Source of the DNA: a virus
Lineage: Duplodnaviria > Caudoviricetes
IMG/VR virus record: IMGVR_UViG_3300037634_007921
Location: 1 to 40,705 of that record
Direction: 5' to 3' (one strand)
Length of the DNA stretch: 40,705 bases
Part shown: piece by piece, positions 1 through 7,907 of the stretch
How the letters are laid out: each line of letters opens with the position of its first letter
Numbering within the stretch: the stretch's first letter is position 1
Notes under the pieces: generated by a model
What the model saw: only the letters and a program-made list of their open reading frames with translations
What the model was told of the DNA's origin: nothing
Databases searched by the model: none
Program-made: the position numbers and the translations under genes

Positions 1-2
1 AA

Positions 3-224
3 AGATTCTTACTGGGGGAGGCAAAAAGTCGACCGAGCGTACGCGCTTATGTAGAATCTGTAGTTGGTATTCTAGAGCAGTTCATACCCAAAAGCCAGCG
101 TGAAAGTCGCCAACTTAGTGTTGCGCGACAACACCTCAATGAAATAAAAAAATTAAATCGAAAACTGGAAGAAAAAATTAGCCTTTTAGAAGAACAAGTA
201 AAGGTATTAGAAGAGGGAAAATAA
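3..224 (+). CDS. 3' part of a small coiled-coil hypothetical protein (5'-truncated by the window edge)
   Basis: Frame 3 is open from base 3 (RFLLGEAKSRPSVRAYVESV...LEEQVKVLEEGK) to TAA 222-224, directly abutting ATG 225; frames 1 and 2 contain stops. Not in the ORF track. Confidence 0.75.
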   Translation, partial: RFLLGEAKSRPSVRAYVESVVGILEQFIPKSQRESRQLSVARQHLNEIKKLNRKLEEKISLLEEQVKVLEEGK

Positions 225-2387
225 ATGGGCGGTGTTTCCGGACATTTAAATCATCTCTATGATAATAGAGATCTAACTTATGATGAGATAGCCGATATCC
301 TAATGAAGGCGGCCGCAGGCGAACTTGTAGGCACTGAAAAGACTGATGGCTTTAATATTTTCCTAGGATACGTCAACGGAGAGCCTCGCGCAGCCCGTAA
401 TAAAGGCGATATGGCTAAAGGGGGCTTGTCTTTTGAAGATCTCATGGCTCGCAAATACCAGGGCGGCGAGAAAGCCCGACGCGCATACGTCGAGTCTTTT
501 GAGGCGTACGCCAAAGCAGTCAACACTCTCTCAGAGAAAGAAATCGCCTCAATTTTTGGGGAAGATGGTGAAATATTCTACAATGCTGAAATTCAAGGTC
601 CTTTAGCTGCGAACGTCGTCAATTACGACGATAATGTTATCAATATTCATCGGATGGGGCACAAGCGTTATAATCATGACAACAATCAATTAGAAGTAGT
701 GGACAACACAAAAGCCTCGGAGGCGCTTGATGCGCTAATTGATCGATTTGAGGCCGTACTCGCTACGGAACCTTTTAGTGTACGGCGCACTGCTTTTCTC
801 ACCCTCAATAAAATCACAGACGAACGCATCGTGGACAACACACTTGCAAGAATTAAAGCAACTGGTTTGGCTGGTGACGTCACCATTAACGATCTGTTAG
901 AGAGAGCCCTTTTACGAGAAATAAGGTCAGAAATACCCGACCTGGACGGAGAAAGACAACGACAGGTGGTAGCCCGAATTCTCCGGACAGAGGGATATTC
1001 AAGTCTAACTCAAATAGGAAAGGGTTTAAGTCGAGACATAAAAGATCAGATTACCCTATTCGTAAAGGAGACAGCTCCGAACGTAATAAAAGAAAAAATG
1101 TGGCCTCTTGAATCCGCGATTCATGATTTTACAGTTGAATTGTTACGGGGTCTGCACAGCACATATGTTTTAGATAATGAGCATGAGGTTGGGCGACTTA
1201 AGACAGAGGTAGAGGCTGCTATACGTGCGATTCAAAAATACCAGGGTCCTTATCGGGAAGAAGCGCATACTATTTTGCAGCGCCAACTCGAAAAACTCAA
1301 ACATCACGACAATGTGGATACAGTTGTGGAAGGGTTCGCCTTTCAATATTGCCACAAGGGTGGAGATTGCGCAATGTACAAATTCACAGGCAATTTCGCC
1401 CCTATTAATCAATTGTTAGGTCTTTTTAAGTATGGCAGGGGGAAAATGCCCCCCATGAAGCTTAACGAGGAAAACCAAAGAATAGAAAACATTGTTGCCA
1501 TTTATCCTGGTCGGTTTCAACCGATGGGGCGACACCATGCAGAAGTATTTAATAAGATTCAAGATGAGCGGGGTTATGACAATACTTTTATTGCCACATC
1601 TGGTAAGGTAGCCCCTCCAAGATCTCCTTTTGATTTCACAGATAAGCAAGTAATCGCTGCGCAGCATGATATTCCTGCCTCTAAAATAGTGCATACCAAA
1701 AACCCCTACAAAGCTACTGAAATTCTTGATGATTTTGATCCGAACACAACCGCAGTAATATATTACGTGGGAGCCAAGGATATGGCTGAAGATCCGCGAT
1801 TTGGGGGATTAGGTGGGCTTAAAAAAGACGGCACTCCCAGATACTTTCGCGAATACGATAAAGGCGAGGACTTGGAAGGCTGGGGCGCACATGGTTATAT
1901 AGCCGTTGCGCCACACGTTTCTATCGATATACCGGGAATGGGCGAGATGTCGGGCACCAATCTACGCAAAGCGCTTGAAGATGCCGACGAAGAAACATTT
2001 AAAAACATAATGGGCTTTTATGATGCCCAAATATATGATATAATTAAAGGAAAGCTAGAACAATCTGGTTTAAAGGAGGCCCAGTATAATCTGGGAATCT
2101 TTCGTCGGATGATGGGAGAAATATTAGAAGAAGAGGCCATGTTTGGATCTTTTCAAGCGGGTTTAAGTAATCCTCCTTATGTTGGAACCAGACGTGTTTC
2201 GGGTGAAGAGGAAGAAGTCGAAGATGAGGAAGAATTGGAAGAAATCTCTGCAATGGGCGCCGGCGCTTCGAATCGCACCGGTGCTGTTAGTGGCGCTTCC
2301 ACTCCTCGGCGAAAAAAAGTAGAAGAAGACGAAATTGTTAATGAATTCTACAACTATTTACTAAACAACTTGAGGGATGAAATATGA
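225..2387 (+). CDS. Fusion: N-terminal ATP-dependent (RNA) ligase-like nucleotidyltransferase + NMNAT/cytidylyltransferase-like domain + acidic tail
   Basis: N-terminal TEKTDGFN (ligase motif I KxDG), AARNKG, NAEI, VEGFAF (motif IV) and YKFTG (motif V). C-terminal IYPGRFQPMGRHH...SPF...VGAKD...MSGTNLR follows the GRFQPxHxGH...SxTxIR pattern of HIGH-family transferases. Confidence 0.7.
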   Translation: MGGVSGHLNHLYDNRDLTYDEIADILMKAAAGELVGTEKTDGFNIFLGYVNGEPRAARNKGDMAKGGLSFEDLMARKYQGGEKARRAYVESFEAYAKAVNTLSEKEIASIFGEDGEIFYNAEIQGPLAANVVNYDDNVINIHRMGHKRYNHDNNQLEVVDNTKASEALDALIDRFEAVLATEPFSVRRTAFLTLNKITDERIVDNTLARIKATGLAGDVTINDLLERALLREIRSEIPDLDGERQRQVVARILRTEGYSSLTQIGKGLSRDIKDQITLFVKETAPNVIKEKMWPLESAIHDFTVELLRGLHSTYVLDNEHEVGRLKTEVEAAIRAIQKYQGPYREEAHTILQRQLEKLKHHDNVDTVVEGFAFQYCHKGGDCAMYKFTGNFAPINQLLGLFKYGRGKMPPMKLNEENQRIENIVAIYPGRFQPMGRHHAEVFNKIQDERGYDNTFIATSGKVAPPRSPFDFTDKQVIAAQHDIPASKIVHTKNPYKATEILDDFDPNTTAVIYYVGAKDMAEDPRFGGLGGLKKDGTPRYFREYDKGEDLEGWGAHGYIAVAPHVSIDIPGMGEMSGTNLRKALEDADEETFKNIMGFYDAQIYDIIKGKLEQSGLKEAQYNLGIFRRMMGEILEEEAMFGSFQAGLSNPPYVGTRRVSGEEEEVEDEEELEEISAMGAGASNRTGAVSGASTPRRKKVEEDEIVNEFYNYLLNNLRDEI

Positions 2388-3169
2388 TCGACCGCGATAA
2401 AATGATTAACGAGATACAAGAAGAGAAGCGATTGCGACAGTTAATACGCAAAGACTTGAAGCGCTTTCTGGAAAATAAAAAGAAAGAAACCCTCCAGGAA
2501 AAGAAGACTGAGGATCGGCTGCGTATCATTGTTCGCAAATTGATTGCAGAGGCCGCCAAAACAGACGTCCCTGACGCACAACCTCACCAAAACACTGGCA
2601 TCAATGTACTTGAAGATCTTCTGAGAAATATTATCCCAATTGTGGAAGATGGATATAAAGCCCTGACTAGCGCAACAGAACAGCGTACTTCCTTCCGCTC
2701 TCACGTTTTGAACGCTATAGAAAACACCCTCAAGCCTGTCGAAGTTGTAGCAGATCTAGATACTGAAGAGGCAGAAGCAGCTTTAGAAGAGCAAGACATC
2801 ACCATTAATGTCGATGAGGATGAAGAAGTAGAGGATAAATTTATCCCTGTAAGAGATGTCGACATGGATGCGGACGAACCAGCAGAGGCGGAGGAAGAAG
2901 ATACTTTCACAATCGCTGGTGAAGACTTAACAGGTAGAAATTTTGCCTCAATTACATTTAATAAAGTAGAGAAACAAATCATTGATGCGTTTGAAAGCTT
3001 GGCCAACGAAGCCGACCGCAATCTTTTCTACGATTATCTACTCACCAACCTTAAACTTTATTTCGACAAATTCGAAGAAGAATTGCAGGTCACTACCGAT
3101 GAGCCCGATTCACCAGATTATGGCGAAGAACCGCTCGATGTGGACGAACCGGAAGATTTCGAAATTTAG
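2384..3169 (+). CDS. Acidic hypothetical protein, probable virion head-associated
   Basis: 261 aa; ATGA overlap with the upstream stop; GAGGG SD; two RLRxxIRKxxxE-like helices followed by D/E-rich tracts. Confidence 0.7.
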   Translation: MIDRDKMINEIQEEKRLRQLIRKDLKRFLENKKKETLQEKKTEDRLRIIVRKLIAEAAKTDVPDAQPHQNTGINVLEDLLRNIIPIVEDGYKALTSATEQRTSFRSHVLNAIENTLKPVEVVADLDTEEAEAALEEQDITINVDEDEEVEDKFIPVRDVDMDADEPAEAEEEDTFTIAGEDLTGRNFASITFNKVEKQIIDAFESLANEADRNLFYDYLLTNLKLYFDKFEEELQVTTDEPDSPDYGEEPLDVDEPEDFEI

Positions 3170-3172
3170 TCC

Positions 3173-3201
3173 TTTACATCTCCTTTCATTTGTGATATAA
3201 T
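3173..3201 (+). promoter_or_regulatory. Near-consensus sigma70 promoter with extended -10
   Basis: TTTACA (3173-3178), 17-nt spacer ending TGA, then TATAAT (3196-3201), in the intergenic gap before ORF 3242 and the tmRNA. Confidence 0.8.
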
Positions 3202-3241
3202 CTATATAAATACTTATTATTATTAAGTAATTTTAATTTAT

Positions 3242-3640
3242 ATGTCTTTTAATAAAAGAAATAAATATTACGGTTTATATAAGAATTATAGTATAATTAA
3301 TAAATTTAGTAAAGAAGATATTATTAATAAAGAAGTACTTAACACAATCAATAATATTTCTTTAGAAGATTTAATAGCTATTAAACTGGAACTTTCAACC
3401 AGATTCTTAAACGGCAAATTCTACGGTATACCTTTATGGTCTTCCATGCGTACAGTTACTCAGGAAGCTGTATTAAAAACCGCAGTCAGTATCTGTCGTT
3501 CAAAGAAAGAAAGTGCAAAGTTTTTAGGAATTGATTATACAGACTTCAGAAAACTAATTAAAAAGTTTGACATTGAATCGTTTTTTGAAAATGAAAGAAA
3601 TGGGGACGAAACGGTTTCGACAGAAAACGGATCTGACTAA
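3242..3640 (+). CDS. Fis/NtrC-type (HTH_8-like) DNA-binding protein
   Basis: C-terminal EAVLKTAVSICRSKKESAKFLGIDYTDFRKLIKKFDI fits the Fis-type pattern A..LGI....L..KL.KYGI. The last 12 codons and the stop are within the tmRNA. Confidence 0.7.
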   Translation: MSFNKRNKYYGLYKNYSIINKFSKEDIINKEVLNTINNISLEDLIAIKLELSTRFLNGKFYGIPLWSSMRTVTQEAVLKTAVSICRSKKESAKFLGIDYTDFRKLIKKFDIESFFENERNGDETVSTENGSD

Positions 3641-3954
3641 CGTGCAAGACTGTGTGAGTAGCACAGCCAAAATACTCAATCTTTATAAAAGCCAACGATA
3701 ACGTTGAATTTGACTACGCCCTAGCGGCTTAATCACGGGGTTTCTAATTGCCTTGAAATTAAAAATTAGAAAAAAAAGGAATTTTGGTTATTTAATAACT
3801 AAATAATTTTGGTAGCCGACACCTTTAAGAGCGGTAAATGGATTCCCCGATAGGAAATTGGGTGGCCGATGCAACGGTGGTGCTTGCATCTATTCTTGTG
3901 AATGACGTTATTAGCTAACTTTTTTGGACTTGGGTTCGACTCCCAACGTCTCCA
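3602..3954 (+). ncRNA. ssrA: tmRNA (one-piece)
   Basis: 5' GGGGACG (3602-3608) pairs with CGTCTCC (3947-3953) including the G3:U alanine determinant; discriminator A3954. GGTTTCGAC near the 5' end and GGAC before the T-arm TTGGG-TTCGACT-CCCAA. PK1 = CTGTGT/GCACAG + GAGTA/TACTC. P2 = AACGT-GCAAGA/TCTTGT-ACGTT. CCA is not encoded. Confidence 0.96.
3691..3732 (+). other. tmRNA tag reading frame ANDNVEFDYALAA*
   Basis: GCC AAC GAT AAC GTT GAA TTT GAC TAC GCC CTA GCG GCT TAA after ATAAAA; canonical AND...YALAA degron. Confidence 0.95.
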
Positions 3955-4024
3955 TCTTTTTTATTCTTCTCTTTAAAATCTTCTCTTACATACGTTACAA
4001 TCATAATAGATCTCAGGAGGACCT

Positions 4025-4222
4025 ATGTCTGAAGAAACACCAGAAGTGGTGACAAAAAATTGGAAGTCTATTGGAGTCTTTAGCTCCTATGGCAAAGCTT
4101 TGGAAAAAAAGAATTCAACCCTCGAAAAATACAGCTTGGTTAAAATTAGACGGTGTGGTCGAGGCGGCCACGAATTTCGCGTAAAATATTGGGATGAGAA
4201 ACCCTCAAAGAAGAAGAAGTAG
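4025..4222 (+). CDS. Small basic hypothetical protein
   Basis: 65 aa with strong SD AGGAGG just upstream of the ATG. Confidence 0.7.
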   Translation: MSEETPEVVTKNWKSIGVFSSYGKALEKKNSTLEKYSLVKIRRCGRGGHEFRVKYWDEKPSKKKK

Positions 4223-4229
4223 GAAGTTT

Positions 4230-5318
4230 ATGGCAAACAAAAAAAATATATTAGTGGTAGGTACTGGAACTATTGGAGAGCCCCTTATTGGTGTGCTTTC
4301 TGATTTTCGAAAGAAGTTTAATTCTAATGTCTTTTTTCATAAACGCACCCCCTTGGTGGATGAAGTCGGTAAAGTCGACAGTTTAATTAAAAGAGGCGCA
4401 AAACTAGTCACAGATCCGGCTACAGAAAAAGAATTTGTAGACATGGGACACCCAGTAGCGTTACATTTTGAACAAGCTCTGCAGATTAGCGATGTGGTGA
4501 TCGACTGTACTCCTGCTGGTAACGAGAATAAAGAAAAATATTATTCTCAACTTTTAGAGGAGAAGTATTGTTCATCTAAAAACAAGAAAAGACTTTTTAT
4601 CGCGCAAGGGAGCGAGAAACATTTTGGCCTTCCCTATGCTTACGGGATTAACGATGAAGCGCTTGAACTTGCCAACGCCAGCTTCATTCAAGTGGTAAGC
4701 TGTAATACACATAATATATGCTCGTTGATAAACACCGTCGTAGCTAATCCGAAAGAGTTGCTTAAGGCCGACTTTGTATGTATTCGAAGATCAAACGACA
4801 TTAGCCAGAAAACATCTTTTGTGCCTTCACCAGAAGTCGGAAAGCACCCCGATGTTTGCTTTGGCACACATCACGCTAGGGATGCGCAGGATGTTTTCGG
4901 TACTCTCGGAGAACACCTGAATTTATTTTCTAGCGCTATGAAGCTCAATACCCAATATATGCACATTATCCGGTTCAACATCGAAGTCAAGGGATCCCCT
5001 TCTAAAGAACATATCGTTAACCGTTTTAAAGAAAATAAATTTACAGCACTAACCCATAAAACATCTGCAAATCGAGTATTTTCCTTTGGTCGAGATCATG
5101 GCTATTATGGACGTATATTCAATCACACTGTCCTTTCGATTCCGTCCCTTCATATTCAACCATATAAGGGCAATTCGATAATATCGGGGTTTTGTTTCAC
5201 CCCTCAAGATGGCAACTCACTGCTTAGTAGCTGCGCGGCAACAATGTGGGGGCTTTATGGCGAGAAGTACCAAAAGGCGATGAAACCTTTCGATGAATAT
5301 TTATTTACCAATATTTAA
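4230..5318 (+). CDS. gap: Archaeal-type (class II) glyceraldehyde-3-phosphate dehydrogenase-like protein
   Basis: GTGTIG Rossmann motif, VVIDCTP, IAQGSEK, catalytic VVSCNT, IRRSND, THHARD and TQYMH match class II GAPDH motifs (GYGTIG, DATP, FQGGEK, VVSCNT, RRAAD, SHHGPD, TLMH). Start moved to ATG 4230, after the upstream stop and AGGA. Confidence 0.8.
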   Translation: MANKKNILVVGTGTIGEPLIGVLSDFRKKFNSNVFFHKRTPLVDEVGKVDSLIKRGAKLVTDPATEKEFVDMGHPVALHFEQALQISDVVIDCTPAGNENKEKYYSQLLEEKYCSSKNKKRLFIAQGSEKHFGLPYAYGINDEALELANASFIQVVSCNTHNICSLINTVVANPKELLKADFVCIRRSNDISQKTSFVPSPEVGKHPDVCFGTHHARDAQDVFGTLGEHLNLFSSAMKLNTQYMHIIRFNIEVKGSPSKEHIVNRFKENKFTALTHKTSANRVFSFGRDHGYYGRIFNHTVLSIPSLHIQPYKGNSIISGFCFTPQDGNSLLSSCAATMWGLYGEKYQKAMKPFDEYLFTNI

Positions 5319-5324
5319 GGATGT

Positions 5325-6167
5325 TTATTTGGACTCGATAACTTTAATAGGCTTGACTGTGAGAGTTTCCTCGGGAGGTTTAAACAGATTCTTTAGATCT
5401 AAGATTCTCATTACAGACTTGTAAGTAACATATTTTTTAACATTCTTCTTTATAAACTTAAGCAGGTATCGATGACGCGAAGAAAGAGCAATTTCCGGAA
5501 ATCGAATATACACAGAATGGAGTACTCCGATTAAGTGTCCTTTTTCATTTAGAATCATAGAGCCGCTACTTCCAGGGTTTGCCGGCAATGAATAAAACGC
5601 GTATTTCCCAGAGCTGCCATTGTAAATACCTTCAAATAGAGGCACCATGTTCGGCTGCCAAATTCCCCGGGGCGCAGCGACATTATACACTTTGTCTCCT
5701 GGAGCGGGCGCTTTAGTGGCAATACGAATCACTGGAATCTCCGTTAACCCTTCGACATATAAGAGACAGATATCGTGTTTCATATCTGAAGCCAACACCG
5801 TGGCTTTATATTCATCCCCTTTAAGAGTTGTAACAGTGAAAAAATCTTTATGCGTTATTGGCGGGGAGACAGCAACGGGAGGTACCTCCGTATCGCAAAA
5901 ATGCGCAGCAGTGAGTGCATATGCTCCCTCATTATCAACTTTAATAACAAAACCAGAAGCCATGGAATTCATTTCATGCTTCAAGCATTTCCCACCCACA
6001 GGACACTGTTGTAATTTTACTTTTTTCTCAAGATATAGGAAGGATTCTCTTGCGTCCTGCAAGATAGCGCTGGATGCGACGGCGGAACTAGCACAAGAGG
6101 ATAAACAAACAAGCAGGAGACTGAGAAGAAACATCGAACTTTTGAATCTCGTCTCTACTCCTTTCAC
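5325..6167 (-). CDS. Trypsin-like serine protease with predicted lipoprotein signal peptide
   Basis: LTAAHFC (His), HDICLL (Asp), PGSSGS (Ser); hydrophobic N-terminus ending in lipobox LSSC; GGAGG SD before the GTG start. Confidence 0.85.
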   Translation of the reverse strand: MKGVETRFKSSMFLLSLLLVCLSSCASSAVASSAILQDARESFLYLEKKVKLQQCPVGGKCLKHEMNSMASGFVIKVDNEGAYALTAAHFCDTEVPPVAVSPPITHKDFFTVTTLKGDEYKATVLASDMKHDICLLYVEGLTEIPVIRIATKAPAPGDKVYNVAAPRGIWQPNMVPLFEGIYNGSSGKYAFYSLPANPGSSGSMILNEKGHLIGVLHSVYIRFPEIALSSRHRYLLKFIKKNVKKYVTYKSVMRILDLKNLFKPPEETLTVKPIKVIESK

Positions 6168-6260
6168 GTAGGATACCTCCTATAATAACTATGTGAAAAA
6201 AAACAATTGTTTTGTTTTATTAAGAAAAAAACGGAAAACTATTTAATTAGAGAAGGTTAT

Positions 6261-7574
6261 ATGGCTAAAAATATATATGTCTTAGACACGAGCGCGTGCC
6301 TTACCGATTCCACGAGTATTAGAGCTTTTGGCAAGAACGACGTTGTTTTGCCGTTAAAAGTGCTTGAAGAAATAGACAGGCACAAAAAACGACAGGACAG
6401 TGTAGGGGTAAACGCTCGTGAAGTGATCCGACGTCTCGACAATTTGCGGGAGTCCGGAAGCCTCTATAAAGGGGTGAAATTGGGCGAAGGCCGCGGCAAG
6501 CTGTATGTCAAATTATGTATAGCCGACGACCTGCCAAGCGATCTGGACACCTCTATCCCAGATAATGAGATTATTGGTGTAGCATTGAACCAAAAGTCCG
6601 CATACCCACGGACTAAGGTAATTGTGGTTACTCGCGATATTAATATGCGTGTTAAGTGCGATGCGCTAGGATTAGCGACCGAAGACTACCTCACGGACCA
6701 AGTAATTCAAGACACAAGTCATATATACACTGGATTTATGGAACATCTGGTCGACGAACCGGTTTTGGATAGGTTTTACGCTGGAGAAGAAGTTTTTATT
6801 GAAGAAGATGAACTTGTCTTGATGCCTAACCAATTTGTAATGCTTGTTTCTAATCAAAACGAAAAGAAAACAGGATTAGCCCGTTTCCTCAATTATACAT
6901 ACCCCCTCGCCCGTATAAACGGGAAGCACAAAAAACCACTCTGGGGTGTTAAACCGCGGAATAAAGAACAAAGGTTTGCCTTGGATCTCTTGCACGACAA
7001 AGCGGTCGAAGTGGTGACATTGGTTGGCCAAGCCGGTTCCGGTAAGACACTTCTGGCCATCGCCGCAGGTCTCCACCAAGTAATGGAGGAAGAATCTTAT
7101 CAAAGATTGGTTATTTCCAGACCAATTCAACCCCTAGGTAAAGATATCGGATTTCTACCGGGAACAATGGAAGAAAAGATGCTTCCATGGATTGCTCCCA
7201 TTCAAGATAACTTGCAATTCCTACTGGGGAACGATAAAGCAGCTTTAGAAATGTATATGGATAATGGCACAATTGAAGTCGAGGCTTTAACATATATTCG
7301 AGGCCGCTCCATTTCGAATGCATTTATAATAATCGACGAGGCCCAGAATCTTACCGCTCATGAGCTTAAAACTATTATTACTCGCGTCGGTGAGAACACA
7401 AAGATTATCTTAACGGGTGATATTGAGCAGATCGATAATGTCTATATAGACGAGACTTCAAATGGTCTAACGCACGCGGTAGAAAAATTTAAATCTTACG
7501 AAATATCCGGCCACGTCGCTCTTGTCAAAGGAGAGCGTTCTAAGGTTGCATCAATCGCAGCAAAAATACTTTAA
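6261..7574 (+). CDS. phoH: PIN-PhoH (PhoH2-type) ATPase/RNase
   Basis: PIN domain: VLDTS, VLEEID, DNEII, VTRDINMRVK. PhoH domain: GQAGSGKT, GFLPG, YIRGRS, IIDEAQN, TRVG, GDIEQID, RS. Start at ATG 6261 after AAGG. Confidence 0.93.
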   Translation: MAKNIYVLDTSACLTDSTSIRAFGKNDVVLPLKVLEEIDRHKKRQDSVGVNAREVIRRLDNLRESGSLYKGVKLGEGRGKLYVKLCIADDLPSDLDTSIPDNEIIGVALNQKSAYPRTKVIVVTRDINMRVKCDALGLATEDYLTDQVIQDTSHIYTGFMEHLVDEPVLDRFYAGEEVFIEEDELVLMPNQFVMLVSNQNEKKTGLARFLNYTYPLARINGKHKKPLWGVKPRNKEQRFALDLLHDKAVEVVTLVGQAGSGKTLLAIAAGLHQVMEEESYQRLVISRPIQPLGKDIGFLPGTMEEKMLPWIAPIQDNLQFLLGNDKAALEMYMDNGTIEVEALTYIRGRSISNAFIIIDEAQNLTAHELKTIITRVGENTKIILTGDIEQIDNVYIDETSNGLTHAVEKFKSYEISGHVALVKGERSKVASIAAKIL

Positions 7575-7598
7575 ATAAAAGTTACAAATAAGTATAAT
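7570..7598 (+). promoter_or_regulatory. Possible sigma70-type promoter
   Basis: TTTAAA (7570-7575), 17 nt, TATAAT (7593-7598) in the gap before ORF 7623; the context is AT-rich, so a chance match is possible. Confidence 0.5.
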
Positions 7599-7622
7599 AT
7601 TTATATTGACTTGGAGGAAAAT

Positions 7623-7907
7623 ATGAGTTATAATAAGGATGAAAATCCCGATCTGTTAAAAAAAGTAGAGAAGGATACCGAGCTTAAAAGCTGGTTAGTA
7701 AACTATGTTGGAGAAAAATGCGAGCCCGAAAACGACGAAGTTAATGTTGAAATGATAATTAAGACAATGGCAGAGGAATTTCCTGAGTTTTTGTTGGTGG
7801 TTGCGGAAGAGAATTTTATCCGCGGATATCAACAGGGACTGGCCGACGTCGAAGAGGGCGAAAAGCTTTTTAGAGATCACAATGAAAAAATACATTCAGG
7901 AAAATAG
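7623..7907 (+). CDS. Acidic hypothetical protein
   Basis: GGAGG SD precedes ATG 7623; coherent helical 94-aa product. Confidence 0.7.
   Translation: MSYNKDENPDLLKKVEKDTELKSWLVNYVGEKCEPENDEVNVEMIIKTMAEEFPEFLLVVAEENFIRGYQQGLADVEEGEKLFRDHNEKIHSGK

Noticed and set aside
3926-3954. tRNA gene or prophage att site
   Set aside because: The T-arm and acceptor belong to the tmRNA; no integrase or duplicated 3' end was seen.
3972-4001. Promoter TTTAAA-N18-TACAAT before ORF 4025
   Set aside because: Weak match with suboptimal spacing in AT-rich DNA; not distinguishable from chance.
5647-6171. 174-aa + strand ORF, and the similar 220-aa minus ORF at 20340-21002
   Set aside because: Antisense shadows of well-supported genes with no recognisable motifs.
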